Shown: positions 41,946 through 52,242 of the stretch, in pieces
How positions within the stretch are numbered: the stretch's first letter is position 1
Layout: every line of letters starts with the position of its first letter
Assembly: GCA_034520965.1 (NCBI GenBank)
Contig: JAXHMY010000001.1
Location: 32,001-96,000 of the forward strand
Reading direction: 5' to 3'
Length of the DNA stretch: 64,000 nucleotides
Source of the DNA: Spirochaetia bacterium
Lineage (GTDB): Bacteria > Spirochaetota > Spirochaetia > DSM-16054 > Sediminispirochaetaceae
Program-made: the position numbers and the translations under genes
The notes under the pieces: model-generated
Database searches by the model: none
Seen by the model: only the letters and a program-made list of their open reading frames with translations
Told to the model about the DNA's origin: nothing

Positions 41946-43358
41946 TTAACTAACTATCTGCTCTGCCGGTAAAGAGAAGGTGAATTCAGCCCCCTTGGTT
42001 GAACGGTTTTTTACTGAGACTGAACCGTTGTGCGCGTCCGCAACAGCTTTGACAATTGTTAACCCGAGACCATAGCCGGCACTTTTTTCTGTCCGTGGCA
42101 AACGATAACGCGGTGCCCAGATATCATCGATTTCATTTTCACTGATGCCGGGGCCTTGATCTCTGATAATAAGATGAACCATCTCACTCGTGGAGGTTAC
42201 TTCTAATTCAACTGAGGTTCCTTGACCGGTATATTTCACCGCATTATCAAGTAAATTTCCGATAGCCTGTTGTAGTCGGGACGGGTCTGCACGAATAATC
42301 AGCTTATCGGGGCATTTCAGATACAGTTCAACCGATTTTTCTTCGGCTACATACTGATAAACTTCAACCGCTTCCCGGCATATGGCGATCAAATCAAACT
42401 CCCGGGCATCGATTTTTACTATACCCGATTCCGCTTCAGCTGCATCAAGAATCAGACGCAACAGAGAATTTATTGTCTCGCCCTCATTCACAATAGTGCG
42501 CAATGTAGCACGCATCTCCTCCGGGTCATCCTGCTGCTGCAGAGCCACCTCTGCTCTGGTTCTAATTCGCGTCATCGGTGTCCTGAGGTCGTGCGCAACA
42601 TTCTCGAGTGTTCCCTTTAAATTAGTAATAAGGGTATTCAATTTTGAGAACATTTTATTGATAAGTCGAACTAACTCGTCAAATTCTTTCGAGTTCCGTT
42701 TGACGGGAATCTGTTGATCATAATTTCCTGTGTGAATGACTTTTTGAACGGCATTGACTACACTTGAAATTGGTTTAAGCATTGAAGAGGAGAGAATCCA
42801 TACCAACAGCAGTACCAAAATGGTGAAAGGAATCATTACAGTAAGAAAGATGCTTATGCTGGAAGCGATCACGTGTTCGCGCATTTTGTTGCTCGAACCG
42901 ACCTGCAGTATATAATCACCGGAAAGCCTGTGAGTTACAATTTCAATGGCGTAGTCTATATTTGGCTGCCGCAACACTATGAATTGATCAGGGTTCTGTA
43001 CGCTTCGATCATCCAATCCTGCAAAATTGAACCCCAACCAGCTCTTGGGGATAGAGGAAAATATAGTTGAGTTACTCTCACGATCGCTCACACGTATAAA
43101 ATAGGGTCGATCAAAATGCATTGTATTATCTATCTCAACCGCTTTAATAACCGCTTCTAGTCCTCCGTATTCATATTCCAACCGCAGTTCCGCCGCTTTA
43201 TCCGCAATTTCGGAGCGGTTCGATTCCTTGAGCGATTCAAACGTAAATACCAGGGTGAGAATGAGGGGGATAGTTGTTGAAAGCAGGAACATAATTCCGA
43301 AGACAAAGGTAAACTTAGTCCGGATCGAAAGACTGTTTTTTGTCGTCCCTGACAACAT
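41946..43358 (-). CDS. HAMP-domain sensor histidine kinase
   Basis: Two TM helices, VAHDLRTP, NLLDNAVKY and GYGLGL. Confidence 0.92.
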   Translation of the reverse strand: MLSGTTKNSLSIRTKFTFVFGIMFLLSTTIPLILTLVFTFESLKESNRSEIADKAAELRLEYEYGGLEAVIKAVEIDNTMHFDRPYFIRVSDRESNSTIFSSIPKSWLGFNFAGLDDRSVQNPDQFIVLRQPNIDYAIEIVTHRLSGDYILQVGSSNKMREHVIASSISIFLTVMIPFTILVLLLVWILSSSMLKPISSVVNAVQKVIHTGNYDQQIPVKRNSKEFDELVRLINKMFSKLNTLITNLKGTLENVAHDLRTPMTRIRTRAEVALQQQDDPEEMRATLRTIVNEGETINSLLRLILDAAEAESGIVKIDAREFDLIAICREAVEVYQYVAEEKSVELYLKCPDKLIIRADPSRLQQAIGNLLDNAVKYTGQGTSVELEVTSTSEMVHLIIRDQGPGISENEIDDIWAPRYRLPRTEKSAGYGLGLTIVKAVADAHNGSVSVKNRSTKGAEFTFSLPAEQIVS

Positions 43359-44013
43359 ATCCGACTCCCCTGACCGTATGGATTAGTTTTTGTTCGTACG
43401 GATCATCAATCTTCTTCCGCAATCTATGAATCAGCACATCCAATACATTGGTCTGCGGATCAAAATAAAAATCCCAGATGTGTTCAAGAATCATCGCCTT
43501 CGGCATAACCTGCCCCTTATTCTCCACAAGGTACTCCAGTAAGGCGTACTCTCTGGGACGCAGCTCAATACTGTCCTGCCCTCTGTGTACTTGGCGCCGC
43601 TTTCGATTTAATACAAGGTTTCCCACAGTCAGTCTGTCATCCATTCCGATATTCTTAGATCTTCTGAGCAGTGCGTCGATCCGTGCCACTAACTCAGTAA
43701 AGGAAAATGGCTTGGTTAAGTAATCGTCCGCTCCTAGTTGCAGTCCATTTACCCGTTCGTTCACCTCTCGTTTGGCACTCAAAATGATAATCGGGAGCTT
43801 ATTCCCGTTGGTCCGTATCTGTTCGATGAGCTGCTCACCGGACATCTCGGGCAGCATAAGATCGATAATTGCAAGATCATAAGAGGAAATGCGCAGTGCA
43901 GACAAAGCTTCCTCCGCATTGCCCATGGAATCGACTGCATACCCGACCTGTTTCAAACCTTTACTCAGGTAGTCGCTTATGCCTTTATCATCTTCTACAA
44001 TCAATATCCGCAT
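43315..44013 (-). CDS. OmpR-family response regulator (CusR/CopR-like)
   Basis: MRILIVEDD, GADDYLTKPF, FDPQTNVLDV and TVRGVGY. Confidence 0.93.
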   Translation of the reverse strand: MRILIVEDDKGISDYLSKGLKQVGYAVDSMGNAEEALSALRISSYDLAIIDLMLPEMSGEQLIEQIRTNGNKLPIIILSAKREVNERVNGLQLGADDYLTKPFSFTELVARIDALLRRSKNIGMDDRLTVGNLVLNRKRRQVHRGQDSIELRPREYALLEYLVENKGQVMPKAMILEHIWDFYFDPQTNVLDVLIHRLRKKIDDPYEQKLIHTVRGVGYVVRDDKKQSFDPD

Positions 44014-44062
44014 ATATCTATAATACCTGTAAGAATGAGCTTTGTCCAATAAACAGAAAAAA

Positions 44063-44116
44063 GGCTCCGAGCACTTTAGTCATTGAACCATTTCCAATAT
44101 CGATTTGCTCGGAGCC
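44063..44116. terminator. Inverted repeat between the hypothetical gene and the response regulator
   Basis: ggctccgagca..tgctcggagcc flanked by A-runs. Confidence 0.45.
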
Positions 44117-44126
44117 AAAATACTGA

Positions 44127-44723
44127 CTATAGGCTTTTATTATAACCTTTTCCGTAATAGGTGGCTGAAGAGTCGTCGGCCTCTATCTTTACTGATGAGA
44201 TAAGCTCAGTATAGTTTTCATTCCATTCAGTCAAGTTATCTGGAATCTCGTTTTTATTCAGACCGATAAACAGGTAAGTAGGCTCTTCCGGAGTAATCTC
44301 TTCTACACTCACAATCGAATTAGTCGGATTTTCTCCCGCTTCTATTGTTACTTCATTATCCCATCCGCTGGCGGTAACCAGAATTTTGTCAGCCGGAACC
44401 GTATTATTCATGGTAATATCAACATCGGTAGCAGTTCCGGAACTCGTATTTTTTATGATAAATGTAGCCCATACAAATTTATCAGTATTCAGTTTTTCAG
44501 TATCCGCGTTGTCTATTGAGTCAAACGCATCTGCCAGCCGTTCCGGGCCGCCAAGTACAAATGACATCTGATAATCGGGTGTATTTATGTGCTGCTCATT
44601 TTCCTGAGCCAAACCCTTCGCTTTATTTGCTGTGCTGATTGCCCATATAAACAGTAAAAACACAACCAGCCCCAGTACAAACCGTTTAGCCTTTACCTTC
44701 CAATCTTTTTCTTGCTCACTCAT
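44127..44723 (-). CDS. Hypothetical membrane-anchored protein
   Basis: 198 aa with a single N-terminal TM helix and an AGGAGG RBS. Confidence 0.75.
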   Translation of the reverse strand: MSEQEKDWKVKAKRFVLGLVVFLLFIWAISTANKAKGLAQENEQHINTPDYQMSFVLGGPERLADAFDSIDNADTEKLNTDKFVWATFIIKNTSSGTATDVDITMNNTVPADKILVTASGWDNEVTIEAGENPTNSIVSVEEITPEEPTYLFIGLNKNEIPDNLTEWNENYTELISSVKIEADDSSATYYGKGYNKSL

Positions 44724-44789
44724 ATTTTCCTCCTAAGCATTGTTACTGTCATTATACGAACCTGGAATTACAGAACAATTACATTCAAC

Positions 44790-46118
44790 TTACATCTGTG
44801 TCATTTTTTCTTGATGAGTAAAAAACATAATAAAAGTTGAGGAGGCCGGAGCTGCCGCAACCTTGTTACGTGTAATGAGCTCATCGGGAATATAAGTCAG
44901 TTGCAAGCCATGATTCTCTCTACGATACAAAAAGCTCACTTCATGCGTACGGTCGGCGTAAGGAAACATCATAGAGAAGGCGCCGGTATAATCTTTTTTT
45001 AGCTGCCCAGACAAAAAGATATTGAAGTTTACCTGTCCATTCTTCTTACTTCCCGCAGGCACCACGCTGGAAGGAACTCTGGCCCGGCCTGTCCATTTAA
45101 TTACGAAATTCTCATCAAACATGAGTTTTCCGTAATAAGAGCTCCGGTACTCTTTTCCGTAAGATAAAAATTGCGCATATCTTTTCTCTCTTCTTTCTTT
45201 TTCCTGCTCGATAGTCTCCTCAACACTCCGGTCCAGCTTTACATACTTCTCCCGAAAAAGGGTTCCCCGATATTCATATTCCACTCTCAATTCATCTTCA
45301 TCTAATACTGCAACAACCAAATCGCCACTCGAAAAGCTTAGTTTATTCGGTGGTAAAGTGTTCGATTCTTCGGTTGAAAAAATTAATGAAGATTTGCTGG
45401 TAGTAATTTTTATTTGTTGTTTTTCTTCATTTGGAAACAGACCGATTTGAGGATCGAACCGTTCTAAGTCGATACTATGCTGCCGGATCATTTCTTGCAT
45501 ATACTCGGGGCGCCACGGCCCAGAAAATAAGTTCTCTTTTAGTTGGGTGTACAGAGACGACGAAGCAACCGAAGATAATTCCTCCTGTTCAGATCTCAAC
45601 CGCAAGTATTTTCCATAACTGTAGCCCTCGTAGCCGTCGGAAGTGACAACTCGGTACCATATTCCCTTAAAAGGCTCGGAGGTATCATCGATCTTTATTT
45701 TATTGACTACTTTCACCTCGCTGCCCTTGCGGAGTCGGTAGACAGAATCACCTTTTATTCCGGCCTTATCCCGTACACGCAATCCATTCACCATAACGAG
45801 AGCAAAAGAATCCAGGTAAGGAGTATATGTTTTGATAAACTCCCGCGCTTTTTTCCTTGATTTGAACTTAGCAATTATTCCCTTTTTCACTGTATACTGC
45901 ACATCATCCTGCAGAGTCGATATATTGTAAGTGTGGTCAAAGCTGTTCTGCTGGTGGATTTCAACTAAGGTACCGGGCTTCAAAGATAGTGAGGTTCCGC
46001 CCCACAGCACAACCCCGTAGCCGATTCGTGATAGGGCTCCACAGGAGCTAAACAGAAACAATATTAGTACGATCGTGAGAGTAGCTCGGGCGCCGCCTTT
46101 ATTAATCATTCTCCACAA
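44790..46118 (-). CDS. SH3-domain lipoprotein
   Basis: FSSC lipobox; GLRVR..VYRLRKG..WY.V.T.DG.EGY.YG SH3 signature. Confidence 0.8.
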   Translation of the reverse strand: MWRMINKGGARATLTIVLILFLFSSCGALSRIGYGVVLWGGTSLSLKPGTLVEIHQQNSFDHTYNISTLQDDVQYTVKKGIIAKFKSRKKAREFIKTYTPYLDSFALVMVNGLRVRDKAGIKGDSVYRLRKGSEVKVVNKIKIDDTSEPFKGIWYRVVTSDGYEGYSYGKYLRLRSEQEELSSVASSSLYTQLKENLFSGPWRPEYMQEMIRQHSIDLERFDPQIGLFPNEEKQQIKITTSKSSLIFSTEESNTLPPNKLSFSSGDLVVAVLDEDELRVEYEYRGTLFREKYVKLDRSVEETIEQEKERREKRYAQFLSYGKEYRSSYYGKLMFDENFVIKWTGRARVPSSVVPAGSKKNGQVNFNIFLSGQLKKDYTGAFSMMFPYADRTHEVSFLYRRENHGLQLTYIPDELITRNKVAAAPASSTFIMFFTHQEKMTQM

Positions 46119-46135
46119 AATACCACTCCTGAATT

Positions 46136-46294
46136 TTAATTATAGAGTTCCGGATTATCCGTTCCGAGCTCCACCCCGCCGAAACAGATTCGCAAGCTGA
46201 TTTCCTGCAACTCGTGGTCCAAAGTTGCATCCACATATTCGGCATATGAATTGTTGGTTTCCGTTTGCACTAGATTCTTAGCCTGCAGCCACAT
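46136..46294 (-). CDS. Unannotated 52-aa small protein
   Basis: AGGAGG RBS; MWLQAKNLVQTETNNSYAEYVDATLDHELQEISLRICFGGVELGTDNPELYN; lies between the operator/promoter and the SH3 gene. Confidence 0.6.
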   Translation of the reverse strand: MWLQAKNLVQTETNNSYAEYVDATLDHELQEISLRICFGGVELGTDNPELYN

Positions 46295-46343
46295 AATAAC
46301 CACCCTCCTGCTACAACGTCATGAATCATAGTACCAGCTAAAT

Positions 46344-46381
46344 ACTGCAGCTCTCTTACCGTAACATTACATTCGTGTAAT
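46344..46381 (-). promoter_or_regulatory. Putative response-regulator operator
   Basis: actgca/cttacc/attaca at an 11-bp period plus ATTACA-ttcg-TGTAAT. Confidence 0.7.
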
Positions 46382-46454
46382 TTTTAGTCACAAAAAAAAG
46401 CTTGATACGAATCCTCGACTCATATCAAGCATCTGTTTTATTAACCGGTCAGGC

Positions 46455-47402
46455 TTAAGCTCGTATTTCCATTCGTTGGAAGCGAACATAAGCAAGGGTA
46501 AAAATGAGTATAAGCCCGGCCGCCATACCGGTAAAATGCGGCCAAATAAGCAGGAGACTCTGGGCGAACGGCAGAGGGGTTCCCATTACCGCACCCTGCA
46601 GTTGGGTAAATACCACCGGTCCGAGTGTACGAGTAGATGGGTTCAGAATAGCTAAGGTAGCTTCACCATACAGAGTATTGGGCGATAACCGGGCTAATCC
46701 CTGTTGGATATGAGCCAGTGTGAGCGGGTGCACACTCCCCTTCATTCCCTGCACTATCAAACCGCTTATCATCGGCCAAAATACGGTGAACAACAGCCAT
46801 AAAGCAATTGCAACCAGCGCCGAGGTTGCCGGCTGGCGAAAAAGAACCGAAAAAAGCATCGCCAGAATAAACCATATTCCGCCGTACAGCACGGTGGTAA
46901 GATAAAACACAATTGCACGCGCAACTTGCTCGCCCGAAGGGGGTACTCCCAGAAACAGAATTGCACTTCCAATTACCAGCAGCCATAAGGCCAGCAATAC
47001 GATTGCCAGAGCAGCCACCGCCCCCAAAACCTTGCCGAACAGTAGAGCATCTCGATAAATCGGCTGCGATAAGATGCGCCCCAGCGTGCGGTTCTGAAAC
47101 TCTCGGTTGACAACATCGAACCCTAGGGCTATTCCTACCAAAGGTACGAAAAAACCGAGAAATGAGGAAAACGAAGGGACAGGATCTTTAGCTACCGTAA
47201 ATAAACTCAGAAGTAAAAAAGGGTCTTCACCAACGGCGCTGCGGAGGGTTTGAGCCGCGTTGTATACACTCGCCATGGCGGTTAGGAGTATCAGCCCGAT
47301 CAGAATTAACATTTTTACACTGCCGGTATAATCCTGCAACTCTTTGACGAACACGACCTTAAGACCGGTCAGAGCCGATCCTTCACGCTGATGTATCTGC
47401 AT
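46455..47402 (-). CDS. ABC-2 type permease
   Basis: LGFD.VN.E...TL..ILSQPI.R..GK motif; TM helices. Confidence 0.88.
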   Translation of the reverse strand: MQIHQREGSALTGLKVVFVKELQDYTGSVKMLILIGLILLTAMASVYNAAQTLRSAVGEDPFLLLSLFTVAKDPVPSFSSFLGFFVPLVGIALGFDVVNREFQNRTLGRILSQPIYRDALLFGKVLGAVAALAIVLLALWLLVIGSAILFLGVPPSGEQVARAIVFYLTTVLYGGIWFILAMLFSVLFRQPATSALVAIALWLLFTVFWPMISGLIVQGMKGSVHPLTLAHIQQGLARLSPNTLYGEATLAILNPSTRTLGPVVFTQLQGAVMGTPLPFAQSLLLIWPHFTGMAAGLILIFTLAYVRFQRMEIRA

Positions 47403-48339
47403 TGGCCGCCTCCTTAAAATAAGTCTTGTATATGCTGTCAAGGCTGTGCTGCTGCATCGATAATTCGAACAATTGCCCGCCCGATGCAGTAATCGCCGCC
47501 GCAAGCGGAGCCCTTACATCGGATTCACACTCTATCCGGTAGGTCCAGTCCTCCGCCTGCTCAACTGACTGTACCCCTTCGATTCCACTCAGTATGTCCC
47601 TAAGACCTGAGCCTGCGGCAATTACACTGACTGTATATTGACCTCCGATTATCTGCCGGGATAATTCGTCCACCGAGCCGCTGATCAGCATCTTACCGTT
47701 TGAAAACAGTCCTACCCGATCACATACCGCTTGAACCTGGTTCAGAAGGTGTGAGGACAACAGAATTGTCAAATTCTCATCCCGATTCAGTGTAGAAATC
47801 AATTCAAGGAATTCGGCAGCCGACTCGGGATCGAGCCCCTGTGTCGGTTCGTCCAGAATGGCAATTTCCGGCTGTTTGACCAACACTTCTGCCAAACCCA
47901 GCCTGCGGCGCATGCCATGCGAATAGGTGCGGACCTTTTCGTGCATGCTCTTCGTCAACCGCATCTTTTCTAGGCTCTCTTGCATGCGACGGGTCCGTTC
48001 TTCGGCAGAGAAGTCCATGAAACGGGCAGTATAATCTATATTCTCATAACCCGATAATTCGTCGTAGAAACCGACTGTATCGGGCATATAGCCCACTTTT
48101 CGTTTAATCTCTAACGGAGAGCGCAGCGGATCCAGGCCGAGGATAGAGGCTCTGCCTCCGCTCGGCTCGGTAAGACCGAGCAACATAAGGATCGTGGTGG
48201 TCTTTCCGGAACCGTTCGGGCCCAGTACGCCGAACACTTCGCCTCGTTTGATGTTCAATGACAAGGAGTCCACCGCCAGCTTGCCGTTCGGATACTGCTT
48301 ACTCAGTTCAGTTATCTCAATAACATTTTCCGCATCCAT
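47383..48339 (-). CDS. ABC transporter ATP-binding protein
   Basis: GPNGSGKT, YSHGM, LDEPT and SSH motifs. Confidence 0.92.
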   Translation of the reverse strand: MDAENVIEITELSKQYPNGKLAVDSLSLNIKRGEVFGVLGPNGSGKTTTILMLLGLTEPSGGRASILGLDPLRSPLEIKRKVGYMPDTVGFYDELSGYENIDYTARFMDFSAEERTRRMQESLEKMRLTKSMHEKVRTYSHGMRRRLGLAEVLVKQPEIAILDEPTQGLDPESAAEFLELISTLNRDENLTILLSSHLLNQVQAVCDRVGLFSNGKMLISGSVDELSRQIIGGQYTVSVIAAGSGLRDILSGIEGVQSVEQAEDWTYRIECESDVRAPLAAAITASGGQLFELSMQQHSLDSIYKTYFKEAANADTSA

Positions 48340-48358
48340 ATCAACCTCCACTGGAGAT

Positions 48359-49504
48359 CTACCGGCGCCCGAAGCGTCGGACTGCAAATACCAGCACCAC
48401 AGCTGCCGCGGCTATAATCAGTATTGCGACAATGCCCCATAAACTCGATGTCCGCACGGTAATTCTGAATTTCTCCGAAGTATTTCCCATATCGGAACGG
48501 GCGCCAAAGGTTACATTGTAATCACCGGTGATAGCTTCGGAGGAAGGAGTAACAGTGGCTTTCACTTCTTCCGTCTTACCAGCCGGCAGCGAATCAATTT
48601 TCTGAGGTGAAAACTCTACATTCCAATTCCGCGGACTGCTCGAATTCATTGAAATGTTTTTGGCCTCAGCCGTACCGGAATTTTCCAGAGTGAGCGTAAA
48701 GGTCTTCTCCCGTCCGGCTACTGCGGAACCGCTCAACCTTCCTCCGGGGCCGGCCAGCGCAAGTTCCGGCTGTCCTTCGATGTCCATGGTGAGAACCGTG
48801 CTGGCACTAGTACCGGAGGACTTAGCCGCTACTTCTACTTTGTAGGTGCCTTGCGAGACCCCCTGCGGAGGGTCCACGTTTACTTTGACTTCCTTACTGG
48901 CACCGGCATCTACGGGAAGAGTGGAAATCTCTTTGTTTCCATATCCCTGCTTAAAGGTAACCTGAAAACCTTGAGGAGCCTGGGCATCCAGATTCACCAG
49001 TACTTCCGAGGCGCTGTTGTTCTGAAGAGAGACATTGTAAGTAAAATCCGAGTCGGGAGTACCGCGCACCGACGGCAGCTCAGGATCCAGCGAAAGCTTC
49101 TGCGGTAGATTCTCACCGGTTTTCACCGTAAGCGGCAGGGAGAAGGTATCCTCACTGCCCTGGGCTCGTACCACAATAGAGTATGCACCGGCTGATAGAT
49201 CCTCAGGCGGATCAACCCACAGCTGCACATTCGCGGCTTGATCAGTTTCGGCAAACACAGCTTCAACCACGCCGCCCCCGCCGACGAACACATGCTCCCA
49301 TCCATTCGGCACACTGGTTACCGATAGATTCACTCGCTGCGGTGAAAGTCCGTAATTGCGCACCTTAAGATCAAAGGTAATCATGCCGGTTTCAGAGGTA
49401 TAAATAGAGGGGAAATCAGTCGATACCGACAAGCCGGTATAAGCCATTAGCGGCATTGCTCCAAACACCAAAATGCACAGAATCGCAACTACCTGTTTTT
49501 TCAT
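48359..49504 (-). CDS. NEW3 (NPCBM-associated) Ig-like repeat protein
   Basis: Signal peptide, three beta-sandwich repeats and a C-terminal TM ending FGRR. Confidence 0.82.
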   Translation of the reverse strand: MKKQVVAILCILVFGAMPLMAYTGLSVSTDFPSIYTSETGMITFDLKVRNYGLSPQRVNLSVTSVPNGWEHVFVGGGGVVEAVFAETDQAANVQLWVDPPEDLSAGAYSIVVRAQGSEDTFSLPLTVKTGENLPQKLSLDPELPSVRGTPDSDFTYNVSLQNNSASEVLVNLDAQAPQGFQVTFKQGYGNKEISTLPVDAGASKEVKVNVDPPQGVSQGTYKVEVAAKSSGTSASTVLTMDIEGQPELALAGPGGRLSGSAVAGREKTFTLTLENSGTAEAKNISMNSSSPRNWNVEFSPQKIDSLPAGKTEEVKATVTPSSEAITGDYNVTFGARSDMGNTSEKFRITVRTSSLWGIVAILIIAAAAVVLVFAVRRFGRR

Positions 49505-49564
49505 TTTTTTCTCCTTTCCATGTACGTCTTAACTCTTTTATTTCCATATTTTGACAGGAGAAAA

Positions 49565-49602
49565 CTTACCAAAAGATTTCACGAATATTACAATTTTGTA
49601 AG
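49565..49602 (-). promoter_or_regulatory. Putative response-regulator operator
   Basis: cttacc/atttca/attaca at an 11-bp period plus ATTACA-attt-TGTAAG. Confidence 0.7.
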
Positions 49603-49667
49603 GTTGTTTGGCCTGCCTGTAGCTATTCCTCTATGTGTAGAAAAAAATGTAGTGGGTCGCTTCAGAC

Positions 49668-50093
49668 TCAATATTTGCCGAAAGGAGCGGTAAAACCGAG
49701 GGCATACGCACAGCGGTTCATACCGGTATCGAAACTGAAGAGGAGCACGGTCTGTCCCGAACTTGTATCCGCATACACGAGGGCGGATGCGAGATGCAGC
49801 GCATCGAGTGTTTTTACGTGTACGGGAAAAGCCCCCATAGCACGCCGCTTTACCGCGGAGGAGAGAGCAAGCAGAGAAATTCCGGACAAAACTGCATTCA
49901 ATCTCGTATTCGCCTGGATAAAGCCCTCGTCGTCAATTTCTCCGTCGATGCGGTACCGATGGATTACCCGCCTCGATTCGATTTCGAGTAATTCACTCGA
50001 TATAATGCGCTCGCACGCCAGAACGTGCTTGATAGAAGAGTCGCCGAGTAATATATGGCGGAGGAGTACGGAGGTATCCACATAAGCTACCAT
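49668..50093 (-). CDS. vapC: PIN-domain VapC toxin
   Basis: AYVDTSV..E..TLDALHLASA..SFD. Confidence 0.9.
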   Translation of the reverse strand: MVAYVDTSVLLRHILLGDSSIKHVLACERIISSELLEIESRRVIHRYRIDGEIDDEGFIQANTRLNAVLSGISLLALSSAVKRRAMGAFPVHVKTLDALHLASALVYADTSSGQTVLLFSFDTGMNRCAYALGFTAPFGKY

Positions 50094-50329
50094 CGGTCCG
50101 ACCGCTCCTCCTCCATTTTATCAAGGAGATCGACAGTAGTGAGGGGTTCCAGTTCCTTGTACGAATAGGACTTCTGCACCTCTCGTACAAAGAGCGGTTC
50201 TTCCTCGTAGGGACCGAGTATCGCAACAGGGTGTCTATGATCGAGGACGATAATGCGGGAGCCCTTCTTTACCTCTTTTAGTTCTGCGCTCAAATGAGCT
50301 TTTAGTTTGGAAACAGAAATAGTCTTCAT
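50087..50329 (-). CDS. Phd/YefM-family antitoxin
   Basis: ISVSKLKAHLS..L..V..G..I.V.D...PVA. Confidence 0.88.
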   Translation of the reverse strand: MKTISVSKLKAHLSAELKEVKKGSRIIVLDHRHPVAILGPYEEEPLFVREVQKSYSYKELEPLTTVDLLDKMEEERSDRW

Positions 50330-50477
50330 ATGACTAGTATATGACTATAAAAAGTGATAAGTCAATATTCAATTAAGATTTTATTCGATTAGTGGTAAGC
50401 TACTTTTTCGTTATAGACGATTACAAAGAGTCGAATATTCGGGTTTTGGAACCAAAAGAGTTGTCATATAAGGAAGG

Positions 50478-50680
50478 TCAACACTTTATCGGACAATTTT
50501 TAAGCGACATTCGATAGCTGGTTCCTCTCCCATTTCTTAGGTACTCAAGAGGTCTCACATAACCCAATCGTTTCTGTGCGCGTTGCCGATTATAAAACAT
50601 CTCGAGATATTCATAGACCGCCTGTCGTGCTTCTTCACGAGTTGCATAATACCGCCAGTGGATAATTTCCTTCTTAGAAG
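50478..50680 (-). mobile_element. IS3-family transposase 3' remnant
   Basis: KKE....Y.TREEA...YEYLE.FYN.QR....LGY..P. Confidence 0.8.
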
Positions 50681-50823
50681 GTGATAACCTTACGATCTTC
50701 CTTGAGATAATTGCTGAGCGGCTCGCCCATGAGTTTAACATCGATGCCCAGATCTTTCAGTTTCTCCACCACCCCAGTTGCAATTTGACACTATAAAGGG
50801 CGGCAACTATCCTTCACAGCACT

Positions 50824-52242
50824 ATGGATGAAAAAATACTCAAGGATGCATGGAAAGTTCTCGACGAGTCGATCGTCGAATACCGGGGAAAACCCATTGG
50901 AACTCTGGCGGCACGGGATCCGACCAGTGAATCGCTCAACTATAACCAAGTTTTTACGCGCGATTTTGTCGTTTCGGCAATTGCCTATCTTCTCGAAGGA
51001 AAAAGCCGAATTGTTCGAAACTTCCTGCTTCAGACCATGGAATTGCAGAGCCGAGAAAAACATTTCGACTGTTTTCGCGCGGCCCGCGGGCTTATGCCGG
51101 CGAGTTTCGAGGTACGGAACATCGAAGGCGAAGAGACGATAGTACCGGATTTCGGTGAAAAAGCAATCGCAAAGGTAGCTCCGGTTGACGCGCCCTTCTG
51201 GTGGATCTACCTGCTAAGGCTTTACGTAAAAGCAACCGGAGAACAACTGCATAAGAACAAAGATGTACAGCACAGCCTAAGACTAATCCTCGAACTGGCG
51301 CTTTCGCCGCGTTTCGACATGTTTCCCACACTGCTGGTTCCCGACGGCTCGTTCATGATAGATCGTCGCATGGGTGTCTACGGCCACCCCCTCGACATAC
51401 AGGCGCTCTTCTACACCGCTTTGCGCGCCTCTTATGAGCTGCTCGAAGATACCGAGGAGAACGCCCCCTATATTCACGGGACAAGAGAGCGTCTCGGACA
51501 TCTGACCTACCACATTCGCTATTATTACTGGCTGGACCTCGGAAATCTTAATAAACTCTACCGGTCCAAGGTGGAGCAGTACGGAGAAGCCACGCTCAAC
51601 AGGTTTAACATCTATCCCGACACGATACCCGAATGGCTTCAGCAGTATATTCCGTCTGATGGTGGGTACTTTATCGGGAATATCGGTCCGGCACGAATGG
51701 ATTTTCGCTTTTTCACTGCGGGTAACCTCATGGCGATTCTCGCTTCCCTGGCCGATAAAGGGCAGGCCAAAGCGGTAACAGCACTCTTACATCACAACAG
51801 TGAAACATTGATAGGCGATATGCCGATCAAAGTGTGCTACCCCGCCCTCGAAGGTGAGCGGTGGAGTACACTGACGGGAAAGGATCCGAAGAATACGGCA
51901 TGGTCATATCAAAACGCCGGCGGTTGGCCCTTCCTGCTCTGGCTCCTGACTGCCGCCGCAGTAAAGACGGGTCAAAAGGATCTCGCTAAAAGAGCGATAG
52001 AGACTGCTGAGCATAGAATATCCGGCGACAAATGGCCCGAGTACTATGACGGTCCTTTCAACCGGCTTATAGGCAAGGAATCGAAGCTCTATCAGACATG
52101 GTCGGCCGCCGGATACATCATCGCGACCCAGTTGCTAAAGAAACCCGAGCTGATCGACATCATAGGGTTCGAAGAGAGCAAAGACATTATTGCCTGCAGC
52201 ACTCGCATAGCCCGGGATTTTAAAAAGGAGGACCAAAAATGA
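50824..52242 (+). CDS. Alkaline/neutral invertase (GH100)
   Basis: LNYNQVFTRDF, GLMPASF, VAPVD, MIDRRMGVYGHP, WPEYYDG and YQTWS. Confidence 0.95.
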   Translation: MDEKILKDAWKVLDESIVEYRGKPIGTLAARDPTSESLNYNQVFTRDFVVSAIAYLLEGKSRIVRNFLLQTMELQSREKHFDCFRAARGLMPASFEVRNIEGEETIVPDFGEKAIAKVAPVDAPFWWIYLLRLYVKATGEQLHKNKDVQHSLRLILELALSPRFDMFPTLLVPDGSFMIDRRMGVYGHPLDIQALFYTALRASYELLEDTEENAPYIHGTRERLGHLTYHIRYYYWLDLGNLNKLYRSKVEQYGEATLNRFNIYPDTIPEWLQQYIPSDGGYFIGNIGPARMDFRFFTAGNLMAILASLADKGQAKAVTALLHHNSETLIGDMPIKVCYPALEGERWSTLTGKDPKNTAWSYQNAGGWPFLLWLLTAAAVKTGQKDLAKRAIETAEHRISGDKWPEYYDGPFNRLIGKESKLYQTWSAAGYIIATQLLKKPELIDIIGFEESKDIIACSTRIARDFKKEDQK

